DNA of 64,000 nt from a virus (taxonomy: Duplodnaviria > Heunggongvirae > Uroviricota > Caudoviricetes). The stretch lies in the IMG/VR virus record IMGVR_UViG_3300005530_000876; one strand, 5' to 3'. The notes under the pieces are model-generated. The model did not search any database, was not told where the DNA came from, and worked only from the letters and a program-made list of their open reading frames with translations. Shown one piece after another: positions 38,871 to 47,715 of the stretch (its first letter is position 1; the number at the start of each line of letters is the position of its first letter). The position numbers and the translations under genes were made by a program.

Positions 38871-38956
38871 GATTAATTAATGATGTAAAATTAAATAATC
38901 TCTTGGAACTGCGAAATATTTAGTAAATTATTTTTTACTATTCTTGTTAAAGTTTT
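38871..38956. repeat. Direct repeat B (~86 nt) containing a promoter/5'UTR
   Basis: Partner of repeat A. Together they bracket the RNase H plus DUF932 operon and its terminator. Confidence 0.7.
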
Positions 38957-39055
38957 GGCCTGAAACTCTTTGCATGGTGGCTTTTTTGTTATTTATTTTT
39001 AATTAGCGTTTATCTTTTTGGCATAATTATTATTGCAAGAATCTAAAACCATTTT

Positions 39056-39238
39056 ATGAATCTTATCACTGCTCAATTAACCCCGCTGTCTCCTTTGTTA
39101 TCTCCTGATCCGATTCCAAAAGACGAATTAGTCCAGAAGGCCCGGCAATCCAACACCAAAAGAAGTGTTGTTAATTTGCTCGAAATGATTGACTTCGGCG
39201 AAGCTTATTTACATGGGAAAGAAATCGTGCTGAAATAA
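39056..39238 (+). CDS. Small plus-strand ORF, the lone opposite-strand gene inside the minus-strand block
   Basis: 60-aa ORF divergent from the DUF932 promoter region and convergent with the next minus-strand gene. A hairpin/T-run lies at 39239-39265. Confidence 0.3.
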   Translation: MNLITAQLTPLSPLLSPDPIPKDELVQKARQSNTKRSVVNLLEMIDFGEAYLHGKEIVLK

Positions 39239-39251
39239 CTTAATTTAAAAG

Positions 39252-39476
39252 TTAAGTTTTCGAAACGTCTGGACGGCTAGTCTGAATCCGCTCATAAAAG
39301 AGTGCGCAACTGTATTCTGTTCTTCCACTTTTTTCTGCCGTCGTATATGCCATTTGTAAAACAATAATTTTGTAGCCTTCCTTTTGGGTGCTCCTGAGCC
39401 AATCATTTATCAGGCTTTCAAGTAAGCCTCCGAAGCCGTCTTCACTTTTAAAGTGTATGAAGTGTGTTTGTTGCAT
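39252..39476 (-). CDS. Hypothetical small protein
   Basis: 74-aa ORF. Confidence 0.3.
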   Translation of the reverse strand: MQQTHFIHFKSEDGFGGLLESLINDWLRSTQKEGYKIIVLQMAYTTAEKSGRTEYSCALFYERIQTSRPDVSKT

Positions 39477-39498
39477 TTGCTTTTTATTTTTTGAGAAT

Positions 39499-39897
39499 TT
39501 AAAATAATTTAGTTGAGTAGCGAAACCCCTGGAAGCCGCGAAGCTCTCTTTTAAAAGGACAACGTTCGAACGGCCCTACGATTACCATGCGTGGCCAAGC
39601 GATATCTTTTCTTCCTTTCGGGGAGTATCCGAATGTTGCGTTTTTTTCAAACCATCCGAATTTTGCGCGACCCCAAAGTCGGTTCATTGTGATGATATAA
39701 ACATCAGTCACTTCAATTTTTGGCCACAGTAACATTTTATGCATCCAATAATCATTCTCACTATCCATTGTTTCTAAAAAACATTTCATCACTTCCCGTG
39801 TGCCGCCATTATTCTGCAGCATCTCTTTTCCAAAAGTTATAACAATGCCTTCGGGCTGAATTGATGGATCTTTTGAATATCCGTTTGCTGTTATCAT
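39499..39897 (-). CDS. Hypothetical protein
   Basis: 132-aa ORF. Confidence 0.4.
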   Translation of the reverse strand: MITANGYSKDPSIQPEGIVITFGKEMLQNNGGTREVMKCFLETMDSENDYWMHKMLLWPKIEVTDVYIITMNRLWGRAKFGWFEKNATFGYSPKGRKDIAWPRMVIVGPFERCPFKRELRGFQGFRYSTKLF

Positions 39898-40120
39898 AAT
39901 ATCCGGTATGTTAATCGGAAAAGCCGATTGCTTTTATTTGAGAAATGTTTTTAAGAGTCACGTATTTTTTTCCGCTTTTCGGGTCCTGTTCCGGTTTTGT
40001 ACAAAGCCTGTCTGTAAAAACATGCAGATAAACTTTTTTAAATTTTGTGAATTCCGGATATTGTTCAGAATGGCCAACCCAAATCTGTCGTTTCCTAAGT
40101 CGTAGATAATGCCTGAATTT

Positions 40121-40693
40121 TTACTCATTGTTTTTGATTTTTTTACCTATTTCTACCAACATATTAATTGCGTCCAGTGTGTCTTGATTAGGCGGCGAAG
40201 GAAAGGTTGCATGTCCGCCTCCTGGAATTGGAACATGGAAATGGTCCGGCATATCATATTCCCAAATTGATCGTTTTCCTTTTGCCGGGATTGGTATTGC
40301 AAATTGCACGGGATCAGAAACAAGCCACCCATAACGGCCTGGAGAATAATCACCGAAAGTCAGCTCCTGTTCGTTTAATTCCCAACCGATTTTGTTTTCG
40401 TGATCATAGTAATAAATCAGGCTATCTTTTGTCTGCTCATCGAACTGGAATGTATCAATCACATTTACTTTTCCGATAATTGCGCCTGTTGGCAGACTAT
40501 CAACAAAGCCCAATCCCACACCAAATTTGCTATTGAAATTTTGACCTAAAAGAATCTGTTGTTTTGTGAGTTTTTTGCTGGCATGAATCAAAATCTCTCC
40601 CCGGTATTTTGTATTCCAGGATCGTGTTTCAATTTTTTTAGCGCCGATGACAGCTAACGTCGCCCAGGGCTGAAGGAGTGATATTACTTTCAT
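40121..40693 (-). CDS. ASCH (PUA-like) domain protein
   Basis: MKVISLLQPWATLAVIGAKKIETRSW...GEILIHASKK matches the ASCH pattern. The start is taken at the internal Met (40693) to avoid overlap with the upstream gene; the longest ORF begins at 40786. Confidence 0.45.
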   Translation of the reverse strand: MKVISLLQPWATLAVIGAKKIETRSWNTKYRGEILIHASKKLTKQQILLGQNFNSKFGVGLGFVDSLPTGAIIGKVNVIDTFQFDEQTKDSLIYYYDHENKIGWELNEQELTFGDYSPGRYGWLVSDPVQFAIPIPAKGKRSIWEYDMPDHFHVPIPGGGHATFPSPPNQDTLDAINMLVEIGKKIKNNE

Positions 40694-40700
40694 TGATTTT

Positions 40701-41006
40701 TTATTTTTTAAATTCTTTTTCGAGCTTCTTGCCAATTGGTGCGTCTTTAAAATATCCTGCTTCATAAATAAGCTTCCTGGCCGCATCTTTGTCTAAAACA
40801 CCTTCTGTTGCTAGTGATAAATGCATTGCAAGAGGCATTATTTGACAGCTTAGTTTTTCGCGTTCTTTTTTCAAAAAGGCTACATAATATTCTGAGAGCT
40901 CCACGAAGTCAATTTTCTTTTTTTCTATCAGTTCCACTATCACAATGTGTCGATCAATTGTGTCAAGCTTCATCATTTCTTCCAGCGCTTTTTGATATTC
41001 TAACAT
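40701..41006 (-). CDS. Hypothetical protein
   Basis: 101-aa ORF. Confidence 0.35.
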   Translation of the reverse strand: MLEYQKALEEMMKLDTIDRHIVIVELIEKKKIDFVELSEYYVAFLKKEREKLSCQIMPLAMHLSLATEGVLDKDAARKLIYEAGYFKDAPIGKKLEKEFKK

Positions 41007-41011
41007 TGATT

Positions 41012-41593
41012 TTATTTTATAAATACATCTTTCAGATCACCGCCAAATGATACTTTACAAAAACATCTTTTTAACCCTTGCTTCTTTTTTCTTTTAAAGC
41101 CCTTATGTGGATAGGTTTTGGTAAAGTTCTCTGCCCACTGATCAAAGTTTTCTATATCAGGAAAAACACCACAAGGAAAAAGTTCCATTACTTTTAAAAT
41201 CAACTTTTTGTTATAACCTTCCCGGAATGTAATTCCATAATCTTTTTTAAGGGTTTTGATATAAAGCCAGTAACCACCAAAAAGAAACCAATCAACATGA
41301 AAAACCCATATAAAGCATGGTTTTGTTTCCGTTTTTTCAGAAAATCTTTTTCTCCAAATATGAACTTCCTGATTTTCTTTTCTTTCCCGGAAAACATCCT
41401 TCCATGTCACCGGTTCCCAATAGGGTTTTGGCTCATCGTCTCTGTCTGCTCCCCATCTGCCTGATCCCCACGTGTGTTCATTGTGAACATAATAGCAAAC
41501 TTCCGGAGGCGCTTTTCTTTTACCCCAAAACTCAAATGCTTTTCTATCCATTATCGACATCGATATATTTTTTTTGTTACTACCGTTTCTCAT
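41012..41593 (-). CDS. Hypothetical Trp-rich protein
   Basis: 193-aa ORF. Confidence 0.35.
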   Translation of the reverse strand: MRNGSNKKNISMSIMDRKAFEFWGKRKAPPEVCYYVHNEHTWGSGRWGADRDDEPKPYWEPVTWKDVFRERKENQEVHIWRKRFSEKTETKPCFIWVFHVDWFLFGGYWLYIKTLKKDYGITFREGYNKKLILKVMELFPCGVFPDIENFDQWAENFTKTYPHKGFKRKKKQGLKRCFCKVSFGGDLKDVFIK

Positions 41594-42122
41594 TAATATC
41601 TAACTTGTTTTCAGACCAGGAACTATCCTGAATTAATCGATAAGTCCTCACAACCGCGTAACTGATTACTTTTATATATTCATATTTGATTCCATTGTTT
41701 CCCTCAATAAGTTTATTCATCACATGTTTCTCTATCAATTCAGGAGAGCAATCACTTAGATCATGCGAAAAAATATATCCACCAATATTGCCTTGTACCA
41801 TGTAACCAATCGTAGCTTCGGGATGAAACAGGGTATTGAACAGGTCCATTATATCGGAAATGGAGTAACCGACTGCACAGCTAATAGTAAGGGTTTTTCC
41901 GTCTTTTGTAGTGATGGTTTGAGGGCATAATGACACAACTCTTAACCTTATGGTTTGTACATATATGATATCAAAAAAGGGAATTCTAAAATGAGTTCCG
42001 GGTTCAAGCAATTTCGTCCTATTGCCAAACCTGGTCCTAATTCCTAATTCCCACGGTTGAATCATTATCCACCATTGGAACATTTTAGTCAAATACTCTA
42101 ATACACTTTTAAAAATATCCAT
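41580..42122 (-). CDS. SPFH/band-7 domain membrane protein
   Basis: 180 aa with an N-terminal TM (MFQWWIMIQPW). ELGIRTRFGNRTKLLEPGTHFRIPFFDIIYV...TITTKDGKTLTISCAVGYSISD follows the SPFH core pattern. Confidence 0.45.
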   Translation of the reverse strand: MDIFKSVLEYLTKMFQWWIMIQPWELGIRTRFGNRTKLLEPGTHFRIPFFDIIYVQTIRLRVVSLCPQTITTKDGKTLTISCAVGYSISDIMDLFNTLFHPEATIGYMVQGNIGGYIFSHDLSDCSPELIEKHVMNKLIEGNNGIKYEYIKVISYAVVRTYRLIQDSSWSENKLDINEKR

Positions 42123-42152
42123 TAGTTTTTTTACTTTGAATTGATAATGTTT

Positions 42153-42527
42153 TTAATTGAGGTCCGCCAGCTTAATATAAAAATGTGGAATACCTTCTTT
42201 CGAAAAGCCGGCTAATTGCACCTTTCCGGAATAATTTGAAATTTTTGCGAAGTTTATAATCATCCTGCTTAATAAAGAGTGATCAGATAAACCTTTATAA
42301 ATTGATGGCATAGCACTACCGCTGAAATGCAAAAACTCCTGGCCTTTTAATAGGTCACGGCTGACAATGATTCTAATACCATCTTCAAAATCAAAAACGT
42401 GTTGACGTTTAGCTCCTGGACGCTCCTGTGGATTTTTTGAAATATGCTCTGTGCTATAGGCTGTCGCGATTGCCTCCTTATATCTCTCTTTCAGTGCAAT
42501 AATTGTTTCGGGTTTAAATTCTAACAT
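42153..42527 (-). CDS. Hypothetical protein
   Basis: 124-aa ORF. Confidence 0.35.
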   Translation of the reverse strand: MLEFKPETIIALKERYKEAIATAYSTEHISKNPQERPGAKRQHVFDFEDGIRIIVSRDLLKGQEFLHFSGSAMPSIYKGLSDHSLLSRMIINFAKISNYSGKVQLAGFSKEGIPHFYIKLADLN

Positions 42528-42536
42528 TATACTGAT

Positions 42537-42992
42537 TTAAAGTTCTTGATAGATTTTTTCCAGAATATTTTTTATTTCGGACACCTCAAGATTCATCCAT
42601 TCTTTCACGATGTTCCATGTCAGGTTTTTTTCCTTGACAAAATCTTCGCGTACTAAAGAATGGTGTGAGAGTCTTCCTTCTGTTGGTTTTAAATTCAGGC
42701 TGTGTAGTTCGCACCGGCCATTATTGAAAAAAGTGCATGCTCCTTTTTCCTTATCATAAACAGGCGCTATAATTTCAACCGGATGATCTACGACTCCCAT
42801 CAACATGCCGGCAGCCCAAACGGTTAAACTGAGCCTGTCTCCATATCCGGACATGATGAGTTTTAGAATGTCTTCCGGAGTGCCCAGGCACGGGCTTCTT
42901 TTGCATTGAGCTTTACAGATATTGCAATCACACTCTGACGGTTTCTTACCGGTTGCTGTTTGAATTTTCTCAAATGTTGTTACTTCAGGCAT
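42537..42992 (-). CDS. Cys-rich metal-binding protein (YkgJ/CxxCxxCC-like?)
   Basis: 151 aa containing ECDCNICKAQCKRSPC...CTFFNNGRCELH. Confidence 0.3.
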   Translation of the reverse strand: MPEVTTFEKIQTATGKKPSECDCNICKAQCKRSPCLGTPEDILKLIMSGYGDRLSLTVWAAGMLMGVVDHPVEIIAPVYDKEKGACTFFNNGRCELHSLNLKPTEGRLSHHSLVREDFVKEKNLTWNIVKEWMNLEVSEIKNILEKIYQEL

Positions 42993-43270
42993 GTTGCTTT
43001 AATTTTCGTGGTATTTTTTAATTTCTTACCAGATACAAAATCTTTTACACAGCAGTCAATTTGTGGTGAGAAAGAAGCCGGATAAAATGATATTTTGAAA
43101 TTTCCAACATACTCCGGGGCCTGAATCTTTTTAGGACCGCGGCCTTTATTTTGGTCCTTAAATTTTTTGATTACTGTAAGGCCGATTTGCATCATTTGGC
43201 TATGCTCCGGGATATAGTCAATTTCTTTTTCTTTATAGAGTGCATAGCACCTGGAATAAACTGTTGACAT
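42980..43270 (-). CDS. Hypothetical protein
   Basis: 96-aa ORF. Confidence 0.3.
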   Translation of the reverse strand: MSTVYSRCYALYKEKEIDYIPEHSQMMQIGLTVIKKFKDQNKGRGPKKIQAPEYVGNFKISFYPASFSPQIDCCVKDFVSGKKLKNTTKIKATCLK

Positions 43271-43293
43271 CGTTTCTGTTTTTTATTTTTAAA

Positions 43294-43722
43294 TTAATTG
43301 TTTGAATATTTTTCTATCCATTGGCCTTTTATCAGACAAAGCATTCGAAACTTAAAAGGAAATTTTTCGGCTGCCGTTTTAAACTTCACCAACGCATCAT
43401 CTGTTATGTGGCCACCTTTCACTTCGTGTACTTCCAATTGAAAATCTTTTGTCAGTACCAGGAAATCAACCATGTAGAAACATTTATAAGCAAGCCTTAG
43501 GTTCATCGGTTCGAATTCAAACCATAATACTTCACCGATTCTTTTTTGGACCTCCAAATAATTTCCATAAGCAGCTTCGGTTTTATTCATCTTTCCTGAT
43601 TTCATTCTTCCAAGCGCCTGGTAATTTTCCTGAGAAGCTGCCGGTTTAGTTACAGGTAAACTTTCACCGACTACTTTTAATCCGCGTGCCTTTATATCGT
43701 CCATTGTCCACCTGGTTCCCAT
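43294..43722 (-). CDS. VRR-NUC domain nuclease (PD-(D/E)xK)
   Basis: 142 aa. YMVDFLVLTKDFQLEVHEVKGGHITDDALVKFK fits the VRR-NUC D...E.K core. Confidence 0.45.
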   Translation of the reverse strand: MGTRWTMDDIKARGLKVVGESLPVTKPAASQENYQALGRMKSGKMNKTEAAYGNYLEVQKRIGEVLWFEFEPMNLRLAYKCFYMVDFLVLTKDFQLEVHEVKGGHITDDALVKFKTAAEKFPFKFRMLCLIKGQWIEKYSNN

Positions 43723-43724
43723 CG

Positions 43725-44093
43725 CTAATTATTTTGTTCTGTATGAGAAGTTTCATTCCCAGGAAAATCTTCCGGGTTATATCTTTCGATTAGCATTTTT
43801 TCCGCCTCCAGGTAAAACATTGCATGATGACCTACCTGTTTTGCCAAATGAGTGAATAAATTGACCGTATCCGTCGCCATTTGTTTTGCTTTTTCTTTTC
43901 CGATCTCTGCCGATTTTATCCGAAATTTTATTCCGTCGTTTTCTAACCTGGCAGCTGAATAAGAAGTATCCAGCTTGTTTAAATACTCACTGAAGCCGGG
44001 AGTATGAATTACCACAAACCCAGCGATATCATTCTCCTGAAGTATTTGCTTGATTTGCTCCATTGCTTTTTTCAATTTTGGGCTGTATTGCAT
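43725..44093 (-). CDS. Hypothetical protein
   Basis: 122-aa ORF whose start overlaps the upstream gene; an internal start is possible. Confidence 0.35.
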   Translation of the reverse strand: MQYSPKLKKAMEQIKQILQENDIAGFVVIHTPGFSEYLNKLDTSYSAARLENDGIKFRIKSAEIGKEKAKQMATDTVNLFTHLAKQVGHHAMFYLEAEKMLIERYNPEDFPGNETSHTEQNN

Positions 44094-45102
44094 AGTGTTT
44101 ATTTTTTTCTTTTTTTCGTTTGAAATATTCTATCACCGCAAACTTTTTCATAAATCGGAGAATCTGCTGCTCATCATTTTGTAATGAATTATTTTTTATG
44201 TAGTCAATTGATTTCGTTCGAATAACTTCTGTTTCCTCTTCAGAAAATTGCACTAATGAATTTTGCTTAAGGAAATTATAGTGCATTGGCTCAATACTAA
44301 TAATCGTTACCGCATCTTCAAGAAATCTCCCGTACAGATAATCGATTTCTTTTGAAATCTTTTCGTGGTTACTCACCGGCTTTTGTTGATGGATAACTGG
44401 CTCAGGATTTGATTTATTGAATACTGTTTCTTTTTTTTCAAATGATCCTTTAATTCCGTTCCTGATCCAGTTTCTGCATGCCGCCTGCCAGTCCTTAATT
44501 GGCTTTCCGCGGCCTTGAACCCAGCCATTAGCCATGTAATGATCGTGAAGCGTGCCGGCTTCATTAATGCATTTGTCGCGGGGCCAGGGATTCTGCTTTT
44601 TTGTATTTCCGATGGTACTAAGGAAATATTCTTGTACTTCCTTTAAATCCGGAGGATTAAAAACTTTAATTTTTTTGGTCACGGTTGGCGCAAGCCCAAT
44701 ACCAATTTTCTTTTTATGTTTATCCTTTATGTTTATAGATGTTTCCGATTTCTGACTGTAAAGGGTATCGGAAAGGGTATCGGAAAGGGTATCGGAAAGG
44801 GGTTTTATTTGAGTACCCTTTACCAGCACCTTTATTTCATATTGATAAACATTTCCCCGGCCATCACCTGGCTTAAAATCAATTAATCCTGCTTTTTTTA
44901 GGCGGTTCTTAGCATTATCGAAAGAGGTCTTCCCCCAATTGAATTTGGCAATAGTCATAGAGTTGGATAGTCCAAACGGGTTTTTCCAACCAATCGAATT
45001 GCTGACTTTCAAAAGATAGAAGTAGAGGGCAATTTCTTTATCAATGAAATCGAACTCAATATCTTTCTGCCAAAACTGATTTATAAGCTCTATGTAATTC
45101 AA
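44029..45102 (-). CDS. Putative replication initiator / replisome organizer (DnaD-like N-terminal domain)
   Basis: 357 aa. The N-terminal ~90 aa resemble the phage replisome-organizer winged-HTH (NQFWQKDIEFDFIDKEIALYFYLLKVSN). It contains an in-frame SDTLSDTLSDTL repeat encoded by a 12-nt x3 tandem repeat. Confidence 0.35.
   Translation of the reverse strand: MNYIELINQFWQKDIEFDFIDKEIALYFYLLKVSNSIGWKNPFGLSNSMTIAKFNWGKTSFDNAKNRLKKAGLIDFKPGDGRGNVYQYEIKVLVKGTQIKPLSDTLSDTLSDTLYSQKSETSINIKDKHKKKIGIGLAPTVTKKIKVFNPPDLKEVQEYFLSTIGNTKKQNPWPRDKCINEAGTLHDHYMANGWVQGRGKPIKDWQAACRNWIRNGIKGSFEKKETVFNKSNPEPVIHQQKPVSNHEKISKEIDYLYGRFLEDAVTIISIEPMHYNFLKQNSLVQFSEEETEVIRTKSIDYIKNNSLQNDEQQILRFMKKFAVIEYFKRKKEKNKHYAIQPKIEKSNGANQANTSGE
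44761..44801. repeat. 12-nt x3 tandem repeat (aagggtatcgga) inside the putative initiator gene
   Basis: In-frame; encodes SDTL x3. Iteron-like. Confidence 0.6.
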
Positions 45103-45120
45103 GCGATGAAATATTGTTTA

Positions 45121-45585
45121 TTAAAAGTCTGTATGAACTGAATCTAATTTTTTAAGACGCGCTTTTTCTTCATCTATGTCCGAAACCACCTTAATGCGGA
45201 ATGTGGGATCAAGCTCTGTATGTAAACGATAAAGCAAGAACTCAAAATTTTTATATCCGATTGATTTAATACTTTCTGAAATTATGTATCCAAAATAATC
45301 CATGTCAGAACTATAAACACCCACCTTTAATAGTTCATCAATTAATATTTTTTGGTTGGTCGAAGCAATATCAGTTTCAATTTGATGACACGGTTCACAT
45401 AACGTGACTAAACAATTATCAGGATAATCCCAAGGATCCTTCCCTCTTAAATAAATACGGTGATGAACATGCAGAGTTGTTTCTTTATCCGCACATTTCT
45501 GACAAGTAAATTTATCTCGCTCGAATATTTTAAGTCGTTTCTTTTGCCATCTTGGATCTTTCAATTTTTCTGAATATGTCATCAT
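45121..45585 (-). CDS. HNH endonuclease
   Basis: CQKC...LHVHHRIYLRGKDPWDYPDNCLVTLCEPCH is a canonical HNH/zinc motif. Confidence 0.7.
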   Translation of the reverse strand: MMTYSEKLKDPRWQKKRLKIFERDKFTCQKCADKETTLHVHHRIYLRGKDPWDYPDNCLVTLCEPCHQIETDIASTNQKILIDELLKVGVYSSDMDYFGYIISESIKSIGYKNFEFLLYRLHTELDPTFRIKVVSDIDEEKARLKKLDSVHTDF

Positions 45586-46568
45586 GGTTTAAATCTTTTA
45601 GGAAATTCTAAATGTTGTTTACCATCCAGCGTGCTGCCGGATATATGTTTTCCAAACCTGTATAAGATTTGATTTTTTTCTCCAGAACCGATCACGTCAT
45701 TTGCAGCCTGTGAAGTTTTATCTTCATGGTTAATGCAGATGTGCGGAATAGGTTTTTTTCTTTCTTTCAGCTCATCACTTTTATGATCTAACCAAACTAT
45801 ATCTCCCGAAGGATCTACATCTTCTACCGGTGCCCATTCACCCCATTGTTTAAAAAAGAAAGAAACTCCTGCAGCTGCACATTGATCGCGTAGAGACCTG
45901 GCCCAATCCGGGTGCATCGGCCTGGCATTCGGTCCGCTTTCGCCGCCACAGATTACCCAGCTGATACAATTTTTCAAACCGCCGATATGCCACTTTAAAC
46001 TATCGCCAATCGCTTTTTCAAAGTCAATAGGTCCAAGTAATGGCTCGCAAGAAAGAAACTTTACAGACGCGTTGATGTACTTAAGATGATGAATCCTTTC
46101 ATTTGCTGTTTCCTGATTTTCCACGCTCACGCCGATCCAAACATTATCGGAGGGGCGCCATGGAACACCAAATTGCCGATATTTCCATTGGAAGAAATCG
46201 AGCATTCTTTCCGGTCGTTTGGTAAGCACTTGAAAAATATGCTGGTCACAATCACTCATCACAGAAAACACAGAAGAGATAAATTCGAAGGGCACATCTT
46301 CATGAAATAAGTCGCTCATGGAATTAACGAAGATCATAGCAGGTTTCTTCCATTTAAGCGGATCTGCTAACCTTTTCTGATGAAGCATAACTGTTTCAAA
46401 TGGAACTGAATATTGCTTCACGTTTTGAAGCTTGCCGGCCAGAAAAGCTTTATGCCTTTTATCATGTAATGTTTTTGCATAACAATTTTTACATCCCTGG
46501 CTTACTTTATTGCAGCCGGTTACTGGGTTCCAGACTTTATCCGTCCACTCTATTTTACTTTTTGACAT
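45582..46568 (-). CDS. Phage Gp37/Gp68 family protein (DUF5131)
   Basis: N-terminal MSKSKIEWTDKVWNPVTGCNKVSQGCKNCYA is the hallmark of this family. 4-nt overlap with the HNH gene. Confidence 0.65.
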   Translation of the reverse strand: MSKSKIEWTDKVWNPVTGCNKVSQGCKNCYAKTLHDKRHKAFLAGKLQNVKQYSVPFETVMLHQKRLADPLKWKKPAMIFVNSMSDLFHEDVPFEFISSVFSVMSDCDQHIFQVLTKRPERMLDFFQWKYRQFGVPWRPSDNVWIGVSVENQETANERIHHLKYINASVKFLSCEPLLGPIDFEKAIGDSLKWHIGGLKNCISWVICGGESGPNARPMHPDWARSLRDQCAAAGVSFFFKQWGEWAPVEDVDPSGDIVWLDHKSDELKERKKPIPHICINHEDKTSQAANDVIGSGEKNQILYRFGKHISGSTLDGKQHLEFPKRFKP

Positions 46569-46571
46569 GGT

Positions 46572-47234
46572 CTATAGTTGATTTATGATTACTATTTCCG
46601 GATTGGGATATTTTTCAAAATCCCATTCATCATTCATCAGAGAGTTCACAATTTGTGAGTTAAATATTATTTGCTGATTCTCAAGCTTACCAAGGCAGTC
46701 ATATACGAAACCCACATGTCCATCAAGCTCTATTCCTTCAGAAAAATCAACAGCAATTACAGCAAATTGCTGATGTTCATTCATGATATATTGACGAGCC
46801 GGAACTTTAATTTTTCCTTTTACCGGATGATCTAATTCTAAAAAATTGTTGTCTGTGACTTCTGCTTTCTCTGTTTTACCCCGACTTACCTCATTAGCAG
46901 AGCAATCTAAAAGAGCCTGGTAATCCACATGCGGATTGAATAAAACAACCCCGCCAATTTTAAACCCTTCCATCACTTCATGTTCAACAGTTGCCTTGAA
47001 AGCTGCATAACAGGTTTTCACTATTTCGTCATCAGTCATATGTTTTGATAAATACCATTTGCGGCCATGCCATTCTTTTGTTTCACCGGTTTTTGTGCAT
47101 GGTGCCTGGTACACTACCTGCAGGAATACCCTTCCATTCTCAAACTCATTATCATGCTCAACTCGCATTTGAAAACTGTTTCCAAAAACATTCATCGATA
47201 TGGACTGTGTTATGGTTTTAATTTTTGTAAGCAT
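46572..47234 (-). CDS. Hypothetical protein
   Basis: 220-aa ORF. Confidence 0.4.
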   Translation of the reverse strand: MLTKIKTITQSISMNVFGNSFQMRVEHDNEFENGRVFLQVVYQAPCTKTGETKEWHGRKWYLSKHMTDDEIVKTCYAAFKATVEHEVMEGFKIGGVVLFNPHVDYQALLDCSANEVSRGKTEKAEVTDNNFLELDHPVKGKIKVPARQYIMNEHQQFAVIAVDFSEGIELDGHVGFVYDCLGKLENQQIIFNSQIVNSLMNDEWDFEKYPNPEIVIINQL

Positions 47235-47261
47235 TTTTTAATTTTTAAATAATTTGATGAT

Positions 47262-47714
47262 TTATTCTGGTTTCAATCTTTCGGTTACCTGAGTAACTCT
47301 TAAAAACCCTTTTTCCAAAAGCTTTATTAGCATTTCAGCCCTGGCTATCGCTTCGTTTTTGCCTTGCGTTATACATAGGGGTGTCATAACTCCGGCATTC
47401 AAAGTCCGGAACTTTAAATGCCAGAGTCCGCTTTTTTCGAGATTCGCCCTGAACTTGTACAAAGCCTTACCAATTCTTATTTTATGGCAAAGCATTACTC
47501 CTAATTCAGCAACAGTAAAAGCGGAATAAGATCCATTTTTATCATTACAAACCTGTGTCTTCTTGTATTGCTTACCCGCAACTGTTGTCCATTGTTCACC
47601 GAACACAGGGTTATCAAAGTTTGGATGCCAGTAGAAAATACTTTTTTGGCTTACCCCTAAATCTTTTAATTTTTTTGCTTGTTCAAGGCTGCAAACCTGG
47701 CTTTCTATGTTCAT
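47262..47714 (-). CDS. Hypothetical protein
   Basis: 150-aa ORF. Confidence 0.4.
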   Translation of the reverse strand: MNIESQVCSLEQAKKLKDLGVSQKSIFYWHPNFDNPVFGEQWTTVAGKQYKKTQVCNDKNGSYSAFTVAELGVMLCHKIRIGKALYKFRANLEKSGLWHLKFRTLNAGVMTPLCITQGKNEAIARAEMLIKLLEKGFLRVTQVTERLKPE

Positions 47715-47715
47715 T

